Of a stretch of 64,000 nucleotides of DNA, positions 39,101 to 49,999 are shown piece after piece. Position 1 is the stretch's first letter; each line of letters starts with the position of its first letter. The position numbers were made by a program, and so were the translations under genes. This stretch comes from Phoronis australis (Eukaryota; Animalia; Phoronida), in contig NMRA01000966.1 in NCBI GenBank assembly GCA_002633005.1, positions 22,810 through 86,809 of the forward strand. Direction: 5' to 3'. A model generated the notes under the pieces. The model saw nothing but the letters and a program-made list of their open reading frames with translations, was not told the origin of the DNA and ran no database searches.

Positions 39101-42100
39101 CATTCAATCGTGTTTTTAATCTGGGCAAACCACTGATTGGCAGACCATCTAGTAAATCAATCGAACAAATGCATTCGAAGTTCAAAAAAAAAATGAAAAA
39201 AGGAATACCAAAAATCAAAGTATATGAACCTTGCCAGGCATTTACCATGAGACAAAATTACACAGGAAGATCAACCAAGATAGTGGGAGCCCTTCACAGA
39301 TTGATTACACCTACTGCATGTGTGTTCCCTATCTAAAACTGTTTTCAATTTCCTTTTACCTGGCTGTCCAAAAAATAACGCCAGGTACATCGACAAAATT
39401 GGTTTCCAACATTTTCCTACCACGATAACGCTGAATAAAGAAACAGAAGTATTCCTTGCAAGGAAACTTTCAAGCCAACTGGCAGGAAAAGTAGACCAAC
39501 TTTAAGTGTTTGCAAAGACAAACGCAAAACCTTCAAAGTTTAACTTGGCAAGGAATTATGTGTTTTAAGCAATTTCACATTAATAATGTGTCCTAAAAGC
39601 CTCTACATTGGTGCCACCTACCCATAAGTTCTGGATCCTCCCCATCTGGGGACACATCTTGGTCTGGGTCATCCTCCCCATACAGCTGACTGAAACACAA
39701 ACAAGTGAAAGAAAAACTAGTTCACTGGCTAAATGAGCATGTTCACACTATTAAAGCTAAACACTAGTTTACAGGGCAGAAGGAGAAGTTCACATTAAGT
39801 TGAAGACTAGTTTGCAGGGTAAATGGACGTGTTCACACTACTAAGCTAAAGACTATTTCACAGGGCAAAAGACCAAGTTCACACTAAGTTAAAGACTAGT
39901 TGTTCACATTAAGTTAAAAGACTAGTTCACTCGGCAAGAGGGCAAGTTCACAATCAGCAAAATAAAAATCACTTTCCATGACCCAAAGATGGTTCAGTCA
40001 GTAAGCTGCTAATTATATGATTAATACTTCCTTTGAAAGATAAAACAATTATTCAGCAATAGCACTTCCTAACAGTCACAAAATATATCCTGTGACATGT
40101 TGGACTTCTTCACATCTGTGAAAATAACTAATTAGAACCCCTGGGTATTTAATAGGCTAAAACAGGACTTTCAAATTTTTATTATTTTACTGGACAGGTG
40201 ACCCTAACATCACCTTTAGATTAACTATTTGAATTTTAAGCTAATAATTCTAAAACAAAAAAAAAAACAGTAAAAAAATTTTTGATGAGCACTTTTCACA
40301 GACCCCCAGAAATTGCTTTCACAATATATCTCCGTTCTCATTCACGACCCTTGCATACACTCACAACTAAGACCGATGACAGAGGAGTACGTGTAATTCT
40401 CGTTCATTAGTCAGTATTTGAACCTGTGTCTCCGAAACAGGAGTCCAGAGCTCAAACCAGAGACCCACACAGACTCCTAACTTACTTGAACAGATGTTTT
40501 GCCCAAACAATACAATGTATAGGCTCTGAAGGTGTGTTTCGGATTGTGCAACCTGGAAAACTCTTTTGTCTTGGCTTAGGTTGACATTCGTAGCACTCTG
40601 TCTCACCCTGTAAACAAAAGTCTACATTTAGCAGCTGTGACCCTGTTTAAATTCAACACGTCTACACGAGTAGTTGAACAAAGCATCTAAAGGTTTTGTT
40701 CATTTACAATTACACATTTTTACCAAAATCCTGGACACAAAAACTAGAAAATTGCTTATGACTGACTTACCAGGATTGCATAAGAAACCAGACGACAACA
40801 ATGGCTTTTTGAATTAAAGCGAGATTGCACGTGAACATCCCAATCTCAAAACAAGTTTGACTATTTTGGTGGTACACGAAAGAAAGAGATGGGATATTTT
40901 GTTACATCTTAATTTTGCACTTGCTTCAGAAATAAAGTAGAGCAGACACTTCTAGTTTCCCTTACCATTTCTGCAGAGGAGCTCATAAGTGGTGTTTTGA
41001 TGGCCTTTACTACCCCAAATTTGTATTGGTTAGAAACAACCAATTTTTGGGCCTCTGAAAGCAGTTCATGACACCTCAGAAAATTTACCTTTTAGCCTCA
41101 ATATACTGCATTTTTGATGCTAGGTCGCCTATGATATATTCTTTTACATTTACATAGTGTTCGATTAGAAAACCATTTCAATCATTTAGCAGGGTTCACA
41201 GGTTACGAACCTTCTTGATGACAGTCACCTGACCTAGGTAACCTGCCGTTCCGCTTTCAATTAAAGGTACGTTGGCCGCCAGGCACATTTTGTTGACATG
41301 GTTACGGGCAGCGGTGTTGTCCAGTGCATTCATCACCATGTCAAACTGTTTATAGAAGTTGACGTCGTAGTCTTGACTACAGATGAAACAAAACTGTAAT
41401 TAACTACAGTAATTGTGAACAACACAAAGGAACGGAACTTCTACTACAATTAGTGTTTTGTTAAAAGTACATTGTGTGCTGTAAATAAGACTATTAGTTT
41501 GGAATTTCCTGACTCACAAAATGGCGCGTGTCAATCATATTAATTTATATTTTTGCAATAATTACAAAAAAATCAAGCCATGACATAACCCAAATAGATC
41601 TTCATGTTTTCAACTGTTATGCTGGAGTCAGAATGGACCTCAACGCTTAACAAATTACTTCCTTTTGTTATCTCAATTTCAAGTTCAAAACTTTTGACCT
41701 GCCTATGCAGAGTGAAATACTTAAGTTGTATCTCTTCACAGATACTAAGGTTTTGAAAACTAGTTGTCAGCATTGAGACTTATAGAATGCAAAGCAACAT
41801 TAGTTATAGTATGGCAGAGTATACACTTTAGCGGACAGACACAAATCTACAGGTTAAAGCAGCAATTAAACCTCTGATTTCTATCAACAAACAAGCTTTG
41901 ATTCATGCCACTTGCCATTTTAAAGTGGTCTCAAATTGTTCCTTACTCGGATGAGGAATGATTTCCCAGCTATAGAAGAACTGACAACCTTATGACCTTC
42001 ATCTGAAGACATAGCAAAATATCAGTTCATCCCAGAGCACAGAGATCAGTTCTAAGCTTAGTAAGGAGATAGATAGGACCACTTCTGTAACGATTAGTGA

Positions 42101-45100
42101 CTTAAATGAAAACCTGCATTTTTAACTAAAAGCACGGGTTCAATGTACAATGCAGGGTGTGGACAATAAAGGTACTATCAACCTATCTTCAATCAAAAAC
42201 TAATTTTATATGTAAGCCACTAGCTAGTTGTTAAAATGGTTTCAAACCTAAAAATAACATTTAACCTAACCAAGGGACAAACTGAGACCAGTTTTATGAC
42301 AGTCAGTGACATAAAGGCTAGTTTATTTTCAGATGGTGGTTTAAAGCTGCTGTAAAAATTCTCAAATGAACAATTAAAACAAAGAGAGAAAGACAGACAA
42401 TAGGAATAGGATGGATAAACAAACAAACAAATGGGCTTAGGAACAGAGAGACAGAAGGAGGGTCAAATCATTGGACAGATTAATAAATATAAATAGTCTA
42501 AGAGAGAGAGAGAGAGAGAAAGAGTCGAAGAGAGGGACAATGGAACAGAGACAAACAAACCTAATGATCGTGTCATGGTATGCTTTAATTTTAGCCTTGG
42601 GGTTGAGCTTGAGAGCACTTTCTTTAGCCACCTACAAGAGAAGAATGAACAATACGGAATGAAAGGTAGTGAACTTCTGAATTAACACACTCAGACAATA
42701 CACTTTTGTATCGACTAATCTACAGTCACTATGTGGACTATAAAGGTCTTCATTATCATTATGCATCATTCTTGTTAACGAAAAACTGTCATTATTTGCA
42801 CTTCAAAATTTAACAAATACTAGTTAGGCTGAAGTTTATGTAGGACTCTAGAAAAATGGCCATGTATTTTCACCACGCTAAATTCTCTAGTTTTTGTAGA
42901 TATTCAGCACAGATCTGTCCACACAGCCTTAAGAACAGAGCCGAGCAGCATCTAGCCCTATAAATTTTAAACAATACAAAACTTACCTGCGATTTAGACT
43001 TGCCTACATGTTCTCGCCTAAAGAGAAACTGTCTGTTTAGATTGCTGACGTCGATTGTATCCAAGTCAATCTGAAATATAATTTAGGATATTAAAAGTAA
43101 TTACTAGTACAACAACAGGTAATGACCAATGAAATTACATAAAAGATGCCAACGAAGACAAAATCAAGATCATATACATTAATTTAAATGACAATGGCGA
43201 CAAAATCCTGCATGTTTTGTTTTGGTTTAAAAGGTTTGACACATTGTCATAGTACCACATACAGATGGAGTGGGTGTGATACAATATCAACAAATTCAAA
43301 GTCCCTCAAGAGATGAAAACTACATACTCTCATATTCTGAATCTATTTCTTAACAATGTCTTCAAATCCAAGGACATTCTGTTGACTAGACAATTATCCA
43401 CTTGCCTTGCCACACTGTCTGTTTCATGAAAGCGACTTATGAGTTAAGACTGGAGACAGAAATTTGGTCTTGTGCTCCATCACAGTTGCTAAAAAAGGTT
43501 CAGCCAAGTTATTATGAGGGCTACACAGTCTAAAAATAATTCGTAAAAATTTTCTCAATCATAAGCAATTATATGTATGTTGATTTCTAAGATACTTTTT
43601 GGTGGACCTTCAGCTCCGTTTGAGCTGATGTATTGGCTTGGCTAGGCTAGGCTAGGCCAGCTGTAGTCAGCTGGCTAGACGTATGAAGACTAACGTCAAA
43701 ACTCAGCTAGGAACATCACATAGACCTCGACATTTCACACAACCTAGCTAATTATACTCTTCGCCTCCTTGTGAAACTTACATCAACATGTAGAGCTAAC
43801 GGTGATAGACTATCGCTCCCAGTGATAAACTATAGATAGACTATCGTCCCAGTCAGTCTTTATGAATCAATGAAGACTTTGTTAACGACGGCGACGCCTT
43901 TTTTACAAACTGGTCGCTAGTTTTCTAAAGTGGTCGCCGGACATTCAGATTGAGAAAGCCGCCAAACTGGTTACTGCGACATGTTTAAAGCGGTCATAGA
44001 AGAAGGAGGAATGAAGATTTTAAGGACATTAACTTTGAGCAAAATGTTACTTGGCCCGATTTTTACCCACGTCAGTGCAAAACCGTACTAGTACATTTCA
44101 ACAGATTTTCACCAAGCTTGGTCCAAGAACAAGGTTAGGACAGCTGTTTCCGTAGGCAATTACATCGCCTCTTTAATTACTTCCAACTTGAACAAATACT
44201 CCCGTTATCAAACTTTCTATTCAAGCAGTCCTTCGTTCAATTCCCACCAGTGGAAACTGACCATTTTTACACAGTGCACGCCAGGGGATATGACATCATA
44301 CTACCTGCCGTGTGCTTCAATGTCTTTACTGCCCAGCTAGAGACGGTGGTCAAAGTCTACAATTTGGGTTAACAATAGTTATCACGCATGGTGAAAAAGT
44401 TAACGGTGATCAAACAGTGGAGTTGGAATTCTTCATGAAAGTCATATTAATACATGTACACATGCTTCATCGAGGATGTCTATAAAACCAGAAAGGAGTG
44501 CTGAATCTTGAAAGTAAGCACTTTTTAGTTAGAGAGTATTTTTGATGAGCTCAAACAATTTACTCTCAAGTGACTGTATGGGATTAATACAGAAACTGAT
44601 GGGAAGGAAAAAAGCATGAAAATTTTGAGACATCCAGTTGAGAAAACAGATCAAGTTTGAGTCTAATATTGGAATAAAAACTTACAAAAATTAGCGACGT
44701 TGTGTCACAACATCGTCGTCCTAGTTATGGGGACACTTATGATTCGGCTATTTTTAGCCAGCTGTGGGCCACTGGACATGATTTCAGTACTGATGATGCC
44801 ACTGTCCTAGACTTTGAGGAAGACTGGTTCAGAAGGGGTGTAAAGGAAGCTCTCCATGAGCGCATTGAGTCCGTCTTTAAATAAAAGAGGCGGTTTAAGA
44901 TTTGATTTGTCGCACGTATGGGATGGTGTTCAGACGTCAATGTCGCGCCGTCTGGTTAAAACGCCACCAATTGGCCAGAATAACGATAACGTCACAAGCC
45001 AAGCTGAAGTCCGTGAGGTGCGGACGCAACGTTGCTAATTTTTGTAAGTTTTTATTCCAGTATTAGACTCAAACTTGATCTGAAGGGAAGAAATGTAGCT

Positions 45101-46939
45101 CACGTTACCTACTGCTCTAGCCTTGGCGCAAAACAGTATACTAAGTATACAGCTTTGCGCTGGGTAAAAAAATACCAAATAAAATACGACACAAAATTAA
45201 TGTCATTAAAAACTACACCCTTCCTTGAGTAAACTTAATTAACTACCGATGTTGGAAAAATTGGCGTTCTAACATCATTCTGCAGTTAAAATTGTGTTAT
45301 GATCTGTTGCGTCAGCATTCGGCACCATGAAATATTACGTCACCTATTGGCCAATTTCTTTTTTCGCTGATTCTTCAATAAACTGTTGTTCTTTCACAAG
45401 GTTGCATACACGTCACAACAAATTATTGGAACTGNNNNNNNNNNNNNNNNNNNNNNNNNNNNNNNNNNNNNNNNNNNNNNNNNNNNNNNNNNNNNNNNNN
45501 NNNNNNNNNNNNNNNNNNNNNNNNNNNNNNNNNNNNNNNNNNNNNNNNNNNNNNNNNNNNNNNNNNNNNNNNNNNNNNNNNNNNNNNNNNNNNNNNNNNN
45601 NNNNNNNNNNNNNNNNNNNNNNNNNNNNNNNNNNNNNNNNNNNNNNNNNNNNNNNNNNNNNNNNNNNNNNNNNNNNNNNNNNNNNNNNNNNNNNNNNNTC
45701 AAATGTTATTAGGTGAGCCATTAACCTTCAGTGGCAGGTAAGCTAGTCGAGTTAGATGGTTTTGCTCACAGGCACCTTTGATCAGCCCTCAACTATACAC
45801 TAAATAAAGAGAAAGGTACACAACTGACATTCAATATGGCCGTCTGCCGGGCACTTCCGGAATAGCCCAAACCTGTCAAATCTGAAAGTAATTTGACTCA
45901 AACATTTTATCTGCTACAGCAACACGTTCATTGCTTCCATTTGTTGTCATCGAAACCAATAAAAACAATACATAACTCAAGATTTTCCTGCTTCAATCGC
46001 CAACATTCACGGCAAAGCGAAGAGCACAAATAACTTCAAGTGCTTGGTCTTATGCGCATGCTCATAAGACCCCTCACGACATCTTCAGAACGCTTACATC
46101 AACTAAAAACAGCAACATTACGAACACAGTAAGCCAAGAGGCTCTTGACGGTAATTTGCGAATATGTCGTCCTACCTCGCATGAGGATGTCAAAAAACAT
46201 GGTTGCCTCTGGCCCTGTAAGTCGACTCTTACAAGTTCTGACAAACGGAAGATAAATTGGAAGGCCCCTTGAACGTTTGACCTATTTTTGCTGAACCCAA
46301 TCAGCATTCTCATAGAGTAACATATAAATTATGTTGCTGTTTTCACAATGATGTAAGCATTCTGAAGATGTCGCGAGGGGTCTTACGAGCATGCGCATTA
46401 GATAAAAATTTTGAAGTTATTTGCGCTCTTCGCTTTGCCATGAATGTTGGCGATTGAAGTAGGAAAATCTTGAGGTATGTATTGTTTTTATTGGTTTTCG
46501 ATGTCAACAAATGGAAGCCATGAACGTGTTGCTGTAGCAGATAAAATGTTTGAGTCAAATTGCTTTCAGATTTGACATGTTTGGACTATTCCGGATGTGC
46601 CCGGCAGACAGCCATATTGAATGTCAGTTGTGTACCTTTCTCTTTATTATAGTACATGGTCGAGGGCTACTTAAAGGTGCCTGTGGTTTTGTCCGATTTA
46701 CTCGAACTTCCCCTACCGCTTTACAAGTACACTACAGCGCCGCGGTGGTTAACAGCCGGGTAGATTTTTATCCAGACAATGTAGGACTAACAAGAAAAAT
46801 ATACCATTTCAATGTTGACAAAACCAGTCAGTACAAGGTTCTTTAGTAACTCGCATCCTATTCCACCAGCTCCAACCATCAATATTTTGGAACCAGCTAC
46901 TTTGTCCTTCAACGCTTTGTCAACAAATGCTGCAGCCAT
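26963..46939 (-). CDS. UBA2: SUMO-activating enzyme subunit 2 (UBA2/SAE2), complete, 16 coding exons, 618 or 620 aa
   Basis: [13 protein letters not shown] nucleotide-binding loop, [20 protein letters not shown] and CLAC zinc pairs, catalytic [10 protein letters not shown] (Cys172), [18 protein letters not shown], bipartite NLS and C-terminal SIM-like DDVCIVLD. Exon lengths sum to 1857 nt in frame. Confidence 0.97.
27703..27720 (+). promoter_or_regulatory. CTCF-like motif
   Basis: TTGCCACTAGGGGGCACT matches the CCASYAGRKGGCR consensus. It lies in a repeat-like stretch; binding is unverified. Confidence 0.35.
28017..28132 (-). CDS. UBA2: UBA2 exon 15 ([38 protein letters not shown])
   Basis: AG/GT boundaries; 116 nt; EFEIIGD motif. 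Confidence 0.9.
29086..29230 (-). CDS. UBA2: UBA2 exon 14 ([13 protein letters not shown]...[25 protein letters not shown])
   Basis: AG/GT boundaries; 145 nt; UFD domain sequence. Confidence 0.95.
30049..30106 (-). CDS. UBA2: UBA2 exon 13 ([19 protein letters not shown])
   Basis: tttcag acceptor, |gtgatg donor; 58 nt; phase fits exon 14. Confidence 0.9.
30532..30750. repeat. Perfect tandem repeat, 3 x 71 bp
   Basis: Unit TAACCAATTGAAAGTCCATTCAG...AAAGATGGCGGTGCACAGGGCTT starts at 30532, 30603 and 30674; no mismatch seen. Confidence 0.95.
30856..31011 (-). CDS. UBA2: UBA2 exon 12 ([35 protein letters not shown]...LEDK)
   Basis: AG/GT boundaries; 156 nt; second CxxC. Confidence 0.95.
31389..31885. 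mobile_element. hAT-like MITE with 6-bp TSD
   Basis: CAACAA|CAGGGCTTGGAAT ... ATTCCAAGCCCTG|CAACAA; multiple CGCGGAA subterminal repeats. Confidence 0.85.
32021..32133 (-). CDS. UBA2: UBA2 exon 11 ([38 protein letters not shown])
   Basis: AG acceptor, |gtaagc donor; 113 nt. Confidence 0.95.
32941..33034 (-). CDS. UBA2: UBA2 exon 10 ([31 protein letters not shown])
   Basis: AG/GT boundaries; 94 nt. Confidence 0.95.
33707..33855 (-). CDS. UBA2: UBA2 exon 9 ((VS)[14 protein letters not shown]...GILVWDK); acceptor at 33855 or 33849
   Basis: Two in-frame AG acceptors 6 nt apart; ends LVWDK|gtaggc. Confidence 0.9.
34071..34906. mobile_element. MITE with about 33-bp TIR and 3-bp TSD (PIF/Harbinger- or Zator-like)
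   Basis: TGA|GGGCTGTTCCAGCAAAATCTGTATGGGAGGGGG ... CCCCCTCCCACACGGATTTTACTGGAACAGCCC|TGA. Confidence 0.85.
35491..35590 (-). CDS. UBA2: UBA2 exon 8 ([33 protein letters not shown])
   Basis: AG/GT boundaries; 100 nt. Confidence 0.95.
37382..38089 (+). mobile_element. Putative solo LTR with heat-shock elements and TATA box
   Basis: About 0.7 kb, TGTCA...TAACA ends, internal 65-bp duplication, HSE clusters at 37507-37707, TATAAATA at 37721. No clear TSD; left boundary uncertain. Confidence 0.55.
37507..37766 (+). promoter_or_regulatory. HSE cluster + TATA + Inr-like core promoter (hsp70-like architecture)
   Basis: GAActTTCtaGAG (37507), GAActTTCtaGAA (37571), GAAtaTTCtaGAG (37616), TTCagGAAagTTCtaGAA (37661), TTCcaGAA (37700), TATAAATA (37721), TCAGAT (37751) and TCAGTT (37761). 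Confidence 0.65.
38526..38656 (-). CDS. UBA2: UBA2 exon 7 ([44 protein letters not shown])
   Basis: AG/GT boundaries; 131 nt. Confidence 0.93.
39622..39689 (-). CDS. UBA2: UBA2 exon 6 ([22 protein letters not shown])
   Basis: AG/GT boundaries; 68 nt. Confidence 0.95.
39714..39952. repeat. Diverged minisatellite, about 5 units of 45 bp
   Basis: Recurrent GTTCACA(C/T)TA...AAGACTAGTT core. Confidence 0.7.
40340..40478 (-). mobile_element. Decayed tRNA-derived SINE head
   Basis: On the minus strand an A-box-like TGGGTCTCTGG is followed about 35 nt later by a B-box-like GGTTCAAATAC. Not a foldable tRNA. Confidence 0.35.
40486..40607 (-). CDS. UBA2: UBA2 exon 5 ([41 protein letters not shown], catalytic Cys)
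   Basis: AG acceptor, |gtaagt donor; 122 nt. Confidence 0.97.
41211..41376 (-). CDS. UBA2: UBA2 exon 4 ([55 protein letters not shown])
   Basis: AG/GT boundaries; 166 nt. Confidence 0.96.
42561..42631 (-). CDS. UBA2: UBA2 exon 3 ([23 protein letters not shown])
   Basis: AG/GT boundaries; 71 nt. Confidence 0.93.
42987..43070 (-). CDS. UBA2: UBA2 exon 2 ([28 protein letters not shown])
   Basis: AG acceptor, |gtaagt donor; 84 nt. Confidence 0.97.
44170..44360. repeat. Partial diverged copy of the 48200-48734 foldback element
   Basis: Shared GAACAAATACTCC..ATCAAACTTT..TTCAAGCAGTCCTT and TATGAC(A/G)TCATAC; ends CCAGCTAGA..GGTGGTCA. Confidence 0.7.
44647..45082 (+). mobile_element. 5'-truncated Penelope-like retroelement: GIY-YIG endonuclease C-terminus with inverted termini
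   Basis: [21 protein letters not shown]...[22 protein letters not shown], frameshift, [18 protein letters not shown]. 56-bp inverted repeats at 44647-44702 and 45027-45082. Confidence 0.8.
45435..45698. other. Assembly gap (264 N)
   Basis: Run of N. Confidence 0.99.
45803..46648. mobile_element. Foldback element, arms of about 315 bp, in UBA2 intron 1
   Basis: 45803-46117 is the reverse complement of 46330-46648 at about 90% identity by eye (AATAAAGAGAAAGGTACACAACTGACATTCAATATGGC / GCCATATTGAATGTCAGTTGTGTACCTTTCTCTTTATT). Confidence 0.88.
46805..46939 (-). CDS. UBA2: UBA2 exon 1 ([45 protein letters not shown])
   Basis: AGCATGG start context, GxGxxG loop, |gtatat donor; 135 nt. Confidence 0.95.
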
Positions 46940-48199
46940 GCTCAAAATTAAACCGGAAACACTCAGGTAACAGGGCAGAGAATCTCTTAGGGAAGGGTTT
47001 GTTTCTATTTCCATTTTCAACAAGCTCAGTTGTTGGCAAATAAGCGATATAATCAGCCTAACAGCACTAAGATTTTTTAATGCAGCAAATTATTCAAAAT
47101 ATGAATATTTTTGGCACAATCATTAGTTTATCTTTTGACCATAAGATGTCACATGTAGTTGCTTCAGTAGATTGTTCCATTTCGAAAGGGAGGTCAATCC
47201 ATTGAAATCAGATTTCCTTAATTGAAAAGTTGTTGAAAATTGTTGCACATCATAAATATTCGGATTATTTAACTTCAAAAAATTGTAACAAATATTTAAT
47301 ACGGAAATTTATTTTACTCTCTGGTCCATTAATCCGTGAATGACTTATTTGACAATTTAACTACTACCCCTATAAAGTTGAGCATGTCGTGATTTCAACA
47401 TGGAGGTCACACTCACATGAAGAATGTCATTCAAGAATCTTAAAAGCAGGAAGTATGCGATTTTGCAACTTTTGAATATTATAGTGCAATAATATGTGAT
47501 CAGGAGACGTGAAGCGTTAGAAATACGTGCTATATTGAGTTGATAATTTTATTTTTTGTACTAAATTAAGAATAGGAAGAACAACATCGCTCAGGCGTTT
47601 CAGGCCAGGGTCAGTTAAACTTTTTTGTTTTTTTTTTCCTTTGGCTTTGCCTTTTTGTTTGGCAGTTGGCTGGATTTTGCATTCCCGCACTGTTCTCAAT
47701 GTTTTACCATAGTTTTCTTTTTTCAGCTTCCAATATGAGTGAACAGTGCTTAATATTACCTACTTGTGTGGCATGTCATAGGTGGACTTGTTATGTTGGT
47801 TAATTTCGGATCAAAGACAATGTGCTTTGGCTTTACTAATTTTAACAGTTATTGGAATTTTGCCTTTTGGTAGTCATCTTTTTCGGGATAGGGTGTAGGT
47901 GGGTGTCCAAATATGGGGCAATATTCATTCTGGGTCCAAGGGAAGTCCTGGACCCATCAGCATCAAAACAAGGCTTGACATGCCAAGGATTACATATCAA
48001 TAACACTTTCCTCAAAATTCAAGTGCTACCTGCTGATTTGGTAATTGTCCCAGTTATGCTGCACACCAGGCAGAATTAACGAGGAATATCTCGCAACACT
48101 AAACAAAGGTTTTAGATTATAAAAGTCACATTTCTTGTCTGATTTTCAAAATTCAAAAATCTAATCACATGTACTTTTCATTAAAATATGCTATATATA

Positions 48200-48734
48200 C
48201 TAGACAGTGATGCTCCTATAGGCACTTCATACGCCGGAAGCTTTTCGGCGAATTATGCCTCACGCTGATTAAAGTGCCTAAGTCACGTTATTAGAAGTAT
48301 CTTTTTCGCATAGCGGGACACCTTAGGAGGCCGTCGATGTATTTAATTCCTTGCAACTCGAACAAATACTCCTGTAATCAAACTTTTTCTTCAAGCAGTC
48401 CTTTGTTCAGTTCCCCAAATCGGCAACTGGCCATTTTTAACACTGCGCACACCTGAAGCTATGACGTCATACCACCTGGAGCACGCAGTGTTAAAAATGG
48501 CCAGTTGCCGATTTGAACAACTGAACAAAGGACTGCTCGAAGAAAAAGTTCAATTACAGGAGTATTTGTTCGAGTTGGAAGGAATTAAAGTCATTAACGG
48601 CCTCCTAAGTTGTCCCTCTATGCACAAAAGTTACTTATAACAATGTGACTTTGATTTTTAATCATTGTGAGGCATAATTTGCCGAAGGAGATCCACCGTC
48701 TCTAGTCCAGCTAGAAAGGGTGGTCACTGTCTAG
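48200..48734. mobile_element. Palindromic (foldback) MITE, about 535 bp
   Basis: Ends CTAGACAGTGA / TCACTGTCTAG; arms are complementary along most of the length; centre TATGACGTCATA at 48460-48471. Confidence 0.88.
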
Positions 48735-49797
48735 CCATAAACAAAGTTTCAAAATAAAAATCGAAAATACTATTGTTGCCCCCAGTGTGTTTTATGATGG
48801 GTTTAATTATTTAGAGAACATAACAGCAGCAGCCTGAGGTGATATACTTAACTGTAGCAGCATTGTGGCTTTGATCAATGCCAGCTGATTCCGAGGTATG
48901 GAAACCTTTTCAGTTGCCCAATCTCGACCGGTGAGGGTGTCAGTGCAGGAGTCTTTTCTTGTATGGTGATTCTAATTAGCTGGTCACATTTTTCCAATGT
49001 ATTATGTAAGTTTTATTATGCTGTAGTTGAAATACCGTGCAATTAAACCCCAGTTACAATTATATCACCTTCTCGTAATAACAAAATTCGTTAAGTCATG
49101 CCACAAATTATCTTCTCCATATGGACACGTAGTGTAGCAGGCAATACAACTATAATTTAAGCTGAAGTTGATCTCAACTTTTCAGTACTTAAATTAGAAG
49201 TTATTTTTGCACTTTAAAGAACTAACAGTTAGTTATTGCCTGTGACCATGTTCAGCAAGTTCGCTTGTCACGAGATGTCATTTTATGCGTCACGTATGCA
49301 GAGATACCGAAGAATTGAGATACATCCAGAAATCAATCAAAAATTGTCTCATGAATTTCACCATGGTGATTGTTTGCAAAACATGTTTAAGAGTCACAGG
49401 TTGGTTTTCGTGAACTATAGTACAGGCTTAGTGAAGTGATGTCTAATTTTATTCAAGTCGAAGAAATTATCTGAGTGTACGGTAATCAGGTCTTCGGTCA
49501 TGTATTGTTGATAAATATTTAGCAGTGGTGAAGATTAAGAAAATTTTAGTCTACTTCTAGCGTGTGCAGATGTCATAAAATATCAAAATTTGCAAGTACT
49601 ATTAGTAAAGTAAGCGGTTTTTGAAAAAATTGAAAATGACAATTGTGGTACTTATTTTTTTGAAATAAGTGGTTAATTTATCACAATCAACGAGAGTGTT
49701 CAGTGTCTTGATATAGTCAGACAAGTTCTATTCTTCATTTTCAATTTCAGCAGTTTGAACTTTAAAAACGAAGTAATCGAATTCTGCTAGCCTGAAT

Positions 49798-49999
49798 ATG
49801 GCTTCTAGCAGCTGCCTGGTCAACGGCGTGGGTGGCGATGACGTGGGCATGAACATCCTGCGTGTGTTGGAGCGCGGTCTACTCATGACTCGATTCTACC
49901 CCAAAAAGAAGCCAGAGAAGCGGACGTTTCAGGTGAAGCTGGAGACCAGGCAATTAGTCTGGCTTCGGAACTATGGACAACTGAAGCCGGAGGGTACGG
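49798..49999 (+). CDS. PLCG1: Phospholipase C-gamma (PLCG1-like), first coding exon (start of N-terminal PH domain)
   Basis: LERGLLMTRFYPKKKPEKRTFQVKLETRQLVW matches the PLC-gamma N-terminus (LEVGTVMTLFYSKK..RPERKTFQVKLETRQITW). Phase-1 donor G|GTGAGT; upstream acceptor tttcag/cag at 49750/49753. The next exon was not found in the window. Confidence 0.9.

Noticed and set aside
41310-41330. ALDNT instead of human ALDNR in UBA2
   Set aside because: The position after DN varies among E1 enzymes as I recall; the key Asp is retained.
45327-45721. ORFs of 102-129 aa
   Set aside because: Artefacts of the N gap.
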